Source: a virus
Reading direction: 5' to 3' (one strand)
IMG/VR virus record: IMGVR_UViG_3300044911_003339
Span: 32,001-96,000 of that record
DNA: 64,000 nt
Part shown: positions 19,001 to 26,782 of the stretch, in pieces
Layout: each line of letters opens with the position of its first letter
How positions within the stretch are numbered: position 1 is the stretch's first letter
Notes under the pieces: model-generated
Told to the model about the DNA's origin: nothing
The model's database searches: none
What the model saw: the letters and a program-made list of their open reading frames with translations, nothing else
Translations under genes and position numbers: made by a program

Positions 19001-19137
19001 ACGGCGCGTCCGATTCGGCTATGGTCGGGGAGTGGCTCCGGTTCCCGGAGCTTTCGCGACTTCGCTGGGCGAGCGAAGATCCGCTCGTGCACGCTCCGAC
19101 GATCGCTCGCGCACGGTTCGATTCCATCATCGGGTGA
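16024..19137 (+). CDS. Polyvalent protein: ADP-ribosyltransferase/Tpt1-like domain + sigma70-like regions 2 and 4
   Basis: LFHST....I..EGL.P, VFLS, MLRV, VP..DI (ART fold); LV...AKR, EL.QAG.EGLL.AI.SY....F..HA..YVR, I.IP (sigma region 2); LGL....L.L.EV (region 4-like). Confidence 0.7.
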   Translation: MAILKIADLVKSGGPYIGPKGGVWADPQHTVPWKSDHEDTTSHLFHSTPAYAMSRIKREGLAPRKGAGLFQHGGYDLHSQGKVFLSNNLYAAKQWHSKVEAQLEHHHDNPKHHVAVMLRVKPRETHLDDVGDRDVSGSRFVRDVVPATDIEFFHEGTKRWKPVKDYKHGTHGIPDDHYEAHAPRDEEADAAEKAAAKEARRAKREAEEQATRARLAALQEERAKREAAEAQVHFRDSDEGKAILTRWKGLSPEERQAKAKRILDAPRPFPGAPSMLSLGQRGEVWREALGVDEKGNLVKSRFIIKAGPSGGGWMPIPGGHHGGLRRRHGAGWEYWYPNGAPHFVLREQKHPEEQHGHEQIDPEPSHWALVTPGPGLPPVGWTAGGVNPHDTKTPVKEAGVSGKLYRIKNPHIREGWALLTDVRSGEDHMVQHDRVMPVRWLSPEERALQGSTEPQEPFSTWKPGVGPSKRPSGGGASEGKRMPSFPDSRALPGTETHKLENGAYVWRKVTRYEADEDGTTRKVERLAPGIPDSDKIALIAEYEGLVAKTAKRVRSAFGLSARLSTGPGQRTVDDTLVELRQAGVEGLLHAIDSYRPVGPFAAHAQQYVRDYARLHAAREFAGGIAIPRRHARLLSSYIAARAEAARVSGSHDPSPEVVAEFWKPKKRDLHSGLSPEEGGGTIPLAGYTLKRKTTSTDPETGKKKTTVEGEDVVQQPGRLEWAQQFHAFLVGQGGMADIDEQAALFPGLGVGTGLGADERIAVREAMMRALPPDGTIVTVQAGPQAQFRGETWKAIDLALGLSSGDPLPLDEVVRRVPVEGSRGGEWKRLGSSRARAAIEALIRDGLNTVARHLRGDEDRAASLAQALVTKLVPTEAPKERLPTMRERIRAAMARITPAEVQRWREETRARYPERPDIGRRMSRVTDSEAKRRIVEERIAAAPLTPEMHEAMLRTMTAIRQGVSASGQNVFGVVDPKGSKKSLRVHSLSKAGDHGASDSAMVGEWLRFPELSRLRWASEDPLVHAPTIARARFDSIIG

Positions 19138-19145
19138 GGTTCTCC

Positions 19146-19490
19146 ATGAAGAGGTTCTCCATCGACCCCGCCACGCTGCCGACCACATGGCGGGTCGGGC
19201 GGCGTGTCGGCAATAGCGGGCTGGAGCACGCCTTCGATCTCCGCCGTCGGGATGACGGCGGAATCTCCATCTCGAACGTCGAGCACCCGCTCACGGAGAC
19301 CGAGCGCACCATGCTGCTCTCGCACTTCGGCAAGGCGCGCGTCGTGACGATCGGAGGCGAGGCCGACAACGGCGCGCTCGTGACGACGATGCAGCGCCAC
19401 GAGCCGGGGGAGATCGAGAACTTCGTGGAGGCGGTCTACTCGCTGCCCTCACCCTTCATGGTGATGCCGAACGCTCGGAGGGAGACATGA
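19146..19490 (+). CDS. Hypothetical protein (114 aa)
   Basis: SD GAGGT before ATG 19146; ATGA-coupled to the next gene. Confidence 0.65.
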   Translation: MKRFSIDPATLPTTWRVGRRVGNSGLEHAFDLRRRDDGGISISNVEHPLTETERTMLLSHFGKARVVTIGGEADNGALVTTMQRHEPGEIENFVEAVYSLPSPFMVMPNARRET

Positions 19491-22400
19491 GCCGGTTCGT
19501 GATTCCTGCGCTCCGCGCCGCACTGCCGGACGCCCTGGCGAAGTCGTTCCAGCGAGGCCCGCTCGCGCAGCACAAGTACCTGAAGCGAGAGCCCTACTTC
19601 GTCGGGGGCAAGCTGCGCTGGAGGTACTGGTACGCGAGCGACGAGCTTCGCAAGCAGGGCATGGTCGAGCACGACCCCGCGGGCGAGCACGAGCACCACC
19701 TGCTCGCGAACATCGCGGACATCTACGAGCACTTCAAGTCCGTGATCCGCTCGACTGCTGCGACCCCGACGACGGCGATCGAGGGAATCTTCCAGGCCGC
19801 GGTCGATGACCCGAAGGCGCAGCGCGTGCCACAGGTCGCGATGTCTCCGGCGTTCCAGGCGCAGCACGTTCAGCCGTTCATCGACGCAGAGGCGAAGGGA
19901 GCACCTCCCGAGGCGAGCCCGATCGTGCGCGTGCACGACGCGCTGGAGATGGTGCCCGACTACCTCCTGAAGCTCGTGATGGGCGGGACGAAGAACACGA
20001 AGCACCCCGGCTACAAGGGGCTCGGCCCGTACCCCGGTCTCTCCGCGCTCGTGATGAATCGCCAGGAGGACGAGGGAGCGGATTACGCGAACACCGCAGG
20101 TTGGGCGCATCCGAAGACGGGCGAGCTTCACCTGCTTGGCGGCGGCTCGGGCAAGCACGGCAGCGATTCGAGCTACTCCTTCCTCGACGGCGGCGACCCT
20201 GCCACGGCTCCCACGCCGACGGACTTCAACGACGCGAAGGTGCATCTCGAAAAGGTCGTCTGGCACGAGCTTGGGCACCACGTGCACTTCACGCTGGAGA
20301 CCGAGCAGCCGGACGTGATGGATTCGTGGAGGGACCTCTCGACGGGTCCGGGTCCGAAGCCGACGGCCTACGCGCACACGGCATGGTGGGAGGACTTCGC
20401 AGAATCCTTCTCGGGCTGCTTCGCGCTCCCGAAGGTGATGGCGATGCGCTGCCCCGAGCGATACGACTGGATGCGACAGCACGTCCTGAAGTCGCTGCCC
20501 GAGAGGTCCGCGCTCCTGAAGATGTCGGACGAGGAACTCGCGTGGTGGAACAAGAAGAAGACCACGCCGCCCGGCAAGCTGCTGATGCACCTGAAGTCGA
20601 ACGCGCCCGCGCGTCGCTTCGGTGCCTACTACAGCGACAAGGACCAGTTCTTCACGGTCGGCAAGGGAGGGCGCACGGTCTACCTGCGCTTCGGTCCGTC
20701 CGAGCCTGATCAGGAGGACGGCTGGACGCAGGTCCCCTCGACCATCGACCCGGAGACCGGGCTGCCGGTCTACGACGCCGCCTACGGTCCGCGCTTCAAG
20801 GTGCAGGGCAACCTGAAGGAGATGTACGACGAGCGCGGGAATCCGCTCGACGACTTCCAGGCGTTCCTCTACCTCGGACAAGACGACCCCGAGGTGCAGA
20901 AGTTCGTCGCCGACACGATGGAGAAGTACGTCGCGACGTTGCCTCCGAACTCGCCGCAGCCGACGGAGTACGACGCGGTGCAGTGGCTCGCCGCGAAGGG
21001 CGGCGACGAGGCGAAGGCTCTGGAGACGCGTCTGCTCTCGTACAAGATGTACACGTCGCTCGGCTACAAGCGGGAGTCGGAGAAGATTTCCGCGAAGGAA
21101 GCCCACACGACGGAGAAGGAGCGCAAGCGAGTCGAGAAGGAGCGCGCGAAGGGCGGCACGGGCTACCTCGATCGCCACGACTGGGTTCCGGTCGAGATTC
21201 CTCGCTCGGAGTTCGTTCAGAAGTCGGGCACCTTCAAGTTCGACAACGTGCGACCCGCGGAGTACCAGCCGTGGCAGGCCCGCGAGTGGGATCCCGTCAC
21301 GAAGACCTCGCGTGTGAAGACCGTCTACGACCCTGCGGCCGGCAAGGTGGTGCCCGTGCGCACGGCGACGGTCTACGAGCAGGAGAACCCCGACGGCACG
21401 ACGTTCCGTGTGACGGTCGCGGAGGGCGAGCCCTTCTCGATCGGACAGACCATCCTCGCGCCGGTCAGCGTGAAGCTGCCCGACGGTCGCATCTCGCAGG
21501 ACTGGCAGCCCTACAAGCTGTCCGTCGAAGACGGCGAGATGACCGTCACGAACCTCGCGAAGAAGTTCCGCGTCGATCCTGAGGCGCTCCTTCGTCAGAA
21601 TCACCGCTACATGCGCGGGCAGATCACGGACCCGATGCTCGCCGCGCTCCTCAACCCGAGCGGCGAGGTGATTCGCGATCAGTTCGATCTCATGCGCCTC
21701 ATGAAGCTCGCGGCCGAGCAGCCCACGCCGCCGACCGCGTGGGTCAGCGTCCGGGGCAAGACGGGCTCGATCGCTCACTTCAAGGTGAGCTTCGACGGCT
21801 CGGGCCCGCCGCGCGTCGAGGGTCGTCAGTGGGCCGCGAAGCTCGGGAAGGACCCGACCGAACCCATCCGCCTCGATCAGATTCTCGGGAAGGACGACGA
21901 ACTCATCGGCGTCGAGACCGTGCGCGAGCGGAAGGCGAAGGAGGTCAAGATCAAGCCGGGCGGCCTGGTGTGGGTCACCGTCAAGAATCACCTCGGCGAC
22001 GCGAAGCGCGTGATGGCGCGCTACATCGAGAAGAAGTCGTTCGAGGAGAAGGGCAAGAAGAAGAACGCCCACGTCGTCCAGGTGCTCCCCGGTCAGGGCA
22101 CGGGTCTGCCGAAGGACCGCGTGATCGTCACGCGCGTGAACAAGAGCGACGAGAGCCAGATCCCCGGCAAGCCGGAGATTCGTCGGCGCTTCGTCGAGCC
22201 GATGCAGAAGGACGTGCTGCTCTACGCCGACGAGGTGCGGGTCGGCTCGGGCGACCGAGACACGAGCGGCGTGATCAAGATCCTCCCGCCGAAGAACGGC
22301 TCGGTCACGAAGGCGCAACTCGCTGCGATTCCTGGCGTGCGCATCATCGGACTGGAGAAGGCACGGAACAAGAAGGGCGGAGCAGTCACGGAGGAGCTTC

Positions 22401-25400
22401 CCGAGGGCGTCGAGCTTGCCATCTCGCCCCGTGACCTCCCGGCCTTCCGGGAGTACCTCGGCGGCTTCGTGATGGACGAGCGCGTCTCGTCCATGATGGA
22501 CGAGCAGGCTGCCATCATCCGAGAGCGCGCGCTCCAGGTGACCGGAGAGGACTGGCCTCCCGCAGACCAGATCGTCGATGCGGACGGCAACGTGAATCCC
22601 AACGGAGTGCTGCGCGGCATGGTGACGGGCGCGATGGGCATGCAGCCCGGCGCGCATCGCATCGAGGCGCTTCAGCGCGTCGCGATGAACAACGGTCGCC
22701 TCATCGCTGCGCACTTCATGGGCACGGGCAAGACCGCGTTCTCGATCGCAGCCGCGCAGATGATGCGGAACCTCGAATCCCGCGAGCAGCCCGGCAAGCC
22801 GCACCCGAATCAGGTGAAGAAGAAGGTGCTCGCGCTCGTGCCGCTCAACACCGCGAACAACTACGCCGACGAGGTGGAGGTGTTCACCGGAAGGCCCGCA
22901 ACGATCATCGGCTCGGGCTCGCTCGCGGGCAGCGTGCGGATGTTCCGCATGCCGAAGGACCAGGGCCAGAAGAAGAACGAGACGCGCGAGGCGTTCATCG
23001 CGCGCTCGCTCGCCGCATGGAAGGCGGCGGTCAAGACCGACCCGACGCTGTGGAACCCGTGGGCAGACGATTCCCAGATGTGCGTCTGCCCCTACGAGTA
23101 CTTCCGCGACAACGAGGAGTTGATGCGGGCCACGGAGATGTTCGACGGGCTCGTCGTGGACGAGGCGCACAACATCGCACGTGAGAACGAACTCTCACGT
23201 GCGGTCGAGCGCTGGAATCCGAACATGAACATGTTCCTCATGCTCACCGGCACGCCCGTGACGAACACGCTCGACGTGCTCCCGCGTATGGCGAGCCTCG
23301 TGAGCGCGGGCAAGGTGAACCTCGGCACGAAGCAGGAGTTCACGGAGCGCTACCTCGTCGGCTCGGCTGTCGCGAAGGGCGAGGGCGCGAAGAATCCTCC
23401 GAAGACGGACCTCAACCCGCAGCGTGCCGGCGAACTGGCGGCGATCATGCGTCCGCTCATGCACATCGCGACGACGCAGGACGTGAAGGGCAAGACGATG
23501 CCCGCGGTGCTGCTCGACGAGAACAAGCCCGCGCACATGATCGGTCAGCAGGCGCGCATGTACCGACTCTCGATGGCGAAGTTCACGCCCGAGGAGAAGG
23601 CGGCGATCATCGAGAGCGGTGCGGTCGGCACCGACGAGTCGTACGCGCTCGATGACGAGGGTCGCCGCAAGATCGGTGTCGCTCGCTCGATCGCGAACTG
23701 CCTCGCCTACAAGGCACCCGACCAGCGTGAGAATCTCACGTACGAGTCGAAGAGCACCGAGGAGAAGAAGGGCAAGGTCATCGAGAAGACCGTCACCCGC
23801 GTCTTCTCGCTGCCCACGCACGCGATGATGACGACGAAGCGCCCCGAGGGCTGGGGCGGGAAGTGGCCGACGTTCTCGGAGGTCGAGAAGGGAATCGTCG
23901 AGCCGGGCTACTACAACGTGCTCTCGGAGTACTACGAGCGCCTCTTCGGCGTGACGTACGACTCCGTGGAGGGCAAGCCCATCGCGAAGGAGATCCTGGA
24001 CGGCGTGAAGCGCGGCGACTACGTGACGCCGAGCGGCGCGCCGTGGGGTACGGTCGTGAATCCCGATTACGGCCCAGAGGGCATGATCTGTCGCGGCACG
24101 CTCGACCCGGTGACGGGCAAGATCGAGCCGCTGCGGAAGGAGATCGTCGAGAACGGGCAGAAGCGCGTCGTCGAGGTCAAGCCGGGCACGCGCTTCATCC
24201 GCGATCCGAACTCCAAGGCGGCGGGCCTCTTCTACCACGAGGATGACTGGAACTTCACCGGCCGCTTCATCGACTCGGGCGAGGGAGGCGGCGGCGAGGG
24301 TGGAGGCGAGGACGATCCGTCCGACCCGAAGCCCGCGTCTGCCGGCAAGCAGGCCCCGAAGGACCCCTCGCTCTCCATCCAGCGTTCGACGAAGCGCCGG
24401 AAGGAGCGAGAGATGTTCGACCTCGCGGTCACGGCGGGCAACGCGAAGAGCGACGAACTGGAGCAGTACATCCACAACGCGCTTCGCGACGACAACCTCG
24501 GGCCCGATCAGCAGTTCATCCTCTTCGGGAATCGCATCGGCTCTTCCTTCCGCACGATGGAGAGCAAGCTCCGCACGATGGGATTCCAGGACGTGAACGA
24601 AGCGCTCGGGCACCCCGAGTGGAGCACGGCCGAGGACAAGGCGATGATGCCTCGGAAGTTCTTCGTGACGTACGCGGGCAAGGGAGCAACGCTCGGCGAC
24701 CGCGACATCAACTCGGAAATCTTCCGACAGAAGCTCGACCAGTTCGGCCACAAGACCGGGCAGTCGATGTTCGTCTTCCGCACGCTCAACGGCGGCACGA
24801 AGAAGCCACCCAAGGTCGGCGAGATGCGCGAGGGCTGGAGCCGTGGCCAGCGGAAGCGCATCGCCGACGCTCTCGCGGAGCCCACGCGCAAGACGGCCGA
24901 GGGCAAGCCTGCGGGCCTGGAGGTGCCGATGCGCGTGACGAGCGTCGAGGTCGATGGTCGCATCGAGCAGCGGTACCTCTACGAGTCGGACATGAAGCCG
25001 AAGGATCGCGCAGAGTTCCTCCGGCTGGAGAAGGAGCGCCGCGGCGCGGACAAGGCGCGCAAGCAGGCGATCGACGGCGAGATGCGCGCGCTCGCCGACC
25101 GCTACTGGAGCGACCGGATTCCTCTGTCCGATCACTACCAGTACGTGCTGAACAACACGCAGATCATGGTGGCGACCGACGCCGCGAACGTCGGCCTCAA
25201 CTGGCCTGCTCCCAAGCTCGTCATGTACGACTCGCTCTTCTCGCCGATGGACGAGTGGCAGCGCATGACGCGTGCGGCCCGCATGCTCGACGCAGCGGTC
25301 ACCGGACCCGCGAAGAAGTACGTCGAGAAGATCGACGCGAAGCTCTCCGAGATGGAGAAGCAGACCGGGCTGAAGGAGTACGGACCAGAATCTTCCCTTC

Positions 25401-26122
25401 AGGCGGTGCAGGACGCGATCGAGTCGCTCCCCGAGGACGAGCGCGCCGAGCTTCTGAACCTGGAGGGAGGAGGCCCCGATCAGATCGTCGAGGCCATCTT
25501 CAGCCGTCGCGCCATGGACAAGATCGCGAAGCTCCGCCCCGAGGTCGGCGCGCATCTCCGGCAGGCCGGCGCTGCGCCTGATCCCGATCGCCCCGAGATC
25601 CGCATCCGTCCATCGGCCATCCAGGAATCCGACGTGACGAACGAGATCATCCGCAAGCACCTCACGCCCTTCGAGCAGCGCGTGCTCCGAGGACGCATGT
25701 ACCTCGTGGACGTGAAGCGGCTCACGACCTCGTGCGACGTGCCCGAGATGAAGTCGATTCGCATCGAAGACCCGATGACGGGCAAGAAGACCACGGTTCA
25801 GGTCCCGACCGGCAAGTGGTCGGTCGAGGCTCCGACGCAGGCCGAGCGAAGCCAACTCACGCAGGGCCGCATGAAGATGGTGCCCTACGAGAAGGCGATG
25901 AAGGCGTTCCAGAACGCGCAGCCGGTGAAGACCGACTACGACTTCCTCGTGACGCCTCGCGGGAGCGTGCGTAGCTTCTCGATCATGCCTGAGGAGATCG
26001 AGCGCGAGAAGGCGAGTCGCGCGAAGCGCGAGGTCGCGAAGCCGAAGCCCACGAAGACGAAGAAGTCGGAGAGCTACAGCCGATTCTTCATTCCAGCGCG
26101 AACCGCGCGCGGGGAGGCGTGA
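19487..26122 (+). CDS. 2211-aa polyvalent protein: HKY tag + zincin peptidase + LysM-like + SNF2/SWI2 helicase
   Basis: HELGH..TAYA..W.EDFAESF; LAKKFRVDPEALLRQN; HFMGTGKT, LVVDEAH, LTGTP.TN, VATDAANVGLN, YD..FSP....QR..RA.R. Confidence 0.85.
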   Translation: MSRFVIPALRAALPDALAKSFQRGPLAQHKYLKREPYFVGGKLRWRYWYASDELRKQGMVEHDPAGEHEHHLLANIADIYEHFKSVIRSTAATPTTAIEGIFQAAVDDPKAQRVPQVAMSPAFQAQHVQPFIDAEAKGAPPEASPIVRVHDALEMVPDYLLKLVMGGTKNTKHPGYKGLGPYPGLSALVMNRQEDEGADYANTAGWAHPKTGELHLLGGGSGKHGSDSSYSFLDGGDPATAPTPTDFNDAKVHLEKVVWHELGHHVHFTLETEQPDVMDSWRDLSTGPGPKPTAYAHTAWWEDFAESFSGCFALPKVMAMRCPERYDWMRQHVLKSLPERSALLKMSDEELAWWNKKKTTPPGKLLMHLKSNAPARRFGAYYSDKDQFFTVGKGGRTVYLRFGPSEPDQEDGWTQVPSTIDPETGLPVYDAAYGPRFKVQGNLKEMYDERGNPLDDFQAFLYLGQDDPEVQKFVADTMEKYVATLPPNSPQPTEYDAVQWLAAKGGDEAKALETRLLSYKMYTSLGYKRESEKISAKEAHTTEKERKRVEKERAKGGTGYLDRHDWVPVEIPRSEFVQKSGTFKFDNVRPAEYQPWQAREWDPVTKTSRVKTVYDPAAGKVVPVRTATVYEQENPDGTTFRVTVAEGEPFSIGQTILAPVSVKLPDGRISQDWQPYKLSVEDGEMTVTNLAKKFRVDPEALLRQNHRYMRGQITDPMLAALLNPSGEVIRDQFDLMRLMKLAAEQPTPPTAWVSVRGKTGSIAHFKVSFDGSGPPRVEGRQWAAKLGKDPTEPIRLDQILGKDDELIGVETVRERKAKEVKIKPGGLVWVTVKNHLGDAKRVMARYIEKKSFEEKGKKKNAHVVQVLPGQGTGLPKDRVIVTRVNKSDESQIPGKPEIRRRFVEPMQKDVLLYADEVRVGSGDRDTSGVIKILPPKNGSVTKAQLAAIPGVRIIGLEKARNKKGGAVTEELPEGVELAISPRDLPAFREYLGGFVMDERVSSMMDEQAAIIRERALQVTGEDWPPADQIVDADGNVNPNGVLRGMVTGAMGMQPGAHRIEALQRVAMNNGRLIAAHFMGTGKTAFSIAAAQMMRNLESREQPGKPHPNQVKKKVLALVPLNTANNYADEVEVFTGRPATIIGSGSLAGSVRMFRMPKDQGQKKNETREAFIARSLAAWKAAVKTDPTLWNPWADDSQMCVCPYEYFRDNEELMRATEMFDGLVVDEAHNIARENELSRAVERWNPNMNMFLMLTGTPVTNTLDVLPRMASLVSAGKVNLGTKQEFTERYLVGSAVAKGEGAKNPPKTDLNPQRAGELAAIMRPLMHIATTQDVKGKTMPAVLLDENKPAHMIGQQARMYRLSMAKFTPEEKAAIIESGAVGTDESYALDDEGRRKIGVARSIANCLAYKAPDQRENLTYESKSTEEKKGKVIEKTVTRVFSLPTHAMMTTKRPEGWGGKWPTFSEVEKGIVEPGYYNVLSEYYERLFGVTYDSVEGKPIAKEILDGVKRGDYVTPSGAPWGTVVNPDYGPEGMICRGTLDPVTGKIEPLRKEIVENGQKRVVEVKPGTRFIRDPNSKAAGLFYHEDDWNFTGRFIDSGEGGGGEGGGEDDPSDPKPASAGKQAPKDPSLSIQRSTKRRKEREMFDLAVTAGNAKSDELEQYIHNALRDDNLGPDQQFILFGNRIGSSFRTMESKLRTMGFQDVNEALGHPEWSTAEDKAMMPRKFFVTYAGKGATLGDRDINSEIFRQKLDQFGHKTGQSMFVFRTLNGGTKKPPKVGEMREGWSRGQRKRIADALAEPTRKTAEGKPAGLEVPMRVTSVEVDGRIEQRYLYESDMKPKDRAEFLRLEKERRGADKARKQAIDGEMRALADRYWSDRIPLSDHYQYVLNNTQIMVATDAANVGLNWPAPKLVMYDSLFSPMDEWQRMTRAARMLDAAVTGPAKKYVEKIDAKLSEMEKQTGLKEYGPESSLQAVQDAIESLPEDERAELLNLEGGGPDQIVEAIFSRRAMDKIAKLRPEVGAHLRQAGAAPDPDRPEIRIRPSAIQESDVTNEIIRKHLTPFEQRVLRGRMYLVDVKRLTTSCDVPEMKSIRIEDPMTGKKTTVQVPTGKWSVEAPTQAERSQLTQGRMKMVPYEKAMKAFQNAQPVKTDYDFLVTPRGSVRSFSIMPEEIEREKASRAKREVAKPKPTKTKKSESYSRFFIPARTARGEA

Positions 26123-26123
26123 G

Positions 26124-26429
26124 ATGCCGTTGCTCGGGAAGCAGATCGACCCCATCTCGATGTTCCAGGGAGGCCCCTTCGGCGGGGCCCCTCAGGGCGC
26201 GATCGACCTGGAGGCGTTCGAGAAGATCACCAGCGCGGACCTCGCCTTCAAGCGGCTGAACTGGCTCCGCAACTACGACGTGGTGCTGCGCGGCTTTCAC
26301 GCGCCGTCCGACATGCAGCGCATGTGGCGCGCGGTCTTCCGCTCCTCACTCGCCTACGGCTCGCCCATCCCAACCGACATGATTCCGTACGCACGCGCGC
26401 TCGGCGTCGTGATCCCGTCGAGTTCGTGA
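26124..26429 (+). CDS. Hypothetical protein
   Basis: SD GGAGG; typical codon usage; TGATG coupling to the next gene. Confidence 0.7.
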   Translation: MPLLGKQIDPISMFQGGPFGGAPQGAIDLEAFEKITSADLAFKRLNWLRNYDVVLRGFHAPSDMQRMWRAVFRSSLAYGSPIPTDMIPYARALGVVIPSSS

Positions 26430-26656
26430 TGCTGTGTCCTCACTGCGGATCGGCTGTCTTCAAGTCGAGCGGCGACGCCCGGCTGAAGGCGCGCGTCACG
26501 GTGCTCGTGCTCCGCAAGGGCACGGGAGGCGAGGTGCAGGTCGAGACGAACTGCGATTCGTGCAAGGGAGCAATCCTTCTTCCTCTCGTGCTCGCAGCCG
26601 GTCCGTTCGAGATTCGAAAGTCGGACCAGCCGCGACTCGTCGTGAGGCGGACTTGA
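26429..26656 (+). CDS. Zinc-ribbon protein (CPHC...CDSC)
   Basis: 75 aa with two CxxC pairs; coupled start at 26429. Confidence 0.7.
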   Translation: MLCPHCGSAVFKSSGDARLKARVTVLVLRKGTGGEVQVETNCDSCKGAILLPLVLAAGPFEIRKSDQPRLVVRRT

Positions 26657-26716
26657 CGCTGCTGCCGGATTCGTGACACACCATGGACCGTGGCCTGCTC
26701 CCGTGTGGAGCACGAG

Positions 26717-26752
26717 AGGCGACCGAAGGAGAAATCCATCGGTCGCCTTTTT
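26717..26752 (+). terminator. Terminator/attenuator-like hairpin before the prohead protease
   Basis: AGGCGACCGA-aGGA-GAAA-TCCa-TCGGTCGCCT-TTTT. Confidence 0.7.
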
Positions 26753-26782
26753 CGTTCTCGGGTCGCAGATCGCGCGGACGCG

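Noticed and set aside
19436-26155. Very long minus-strand ORFs (19436-23170, 23195-26155; likewise 8850-11600, 14199-16112, 28476-30581, 36409-38298)
   Set aside because: Antisense shadows of real high-GC genes: Arg/Leu/Val-rich translations, no motifs, no SD, and fully overlapping clearly functional + strand genes.
26653-26684. TTGACG as the -35 of a promoter for the protease operon
   Set aside because: No acceptable -10 hexamer at 16-18 nt spacing.
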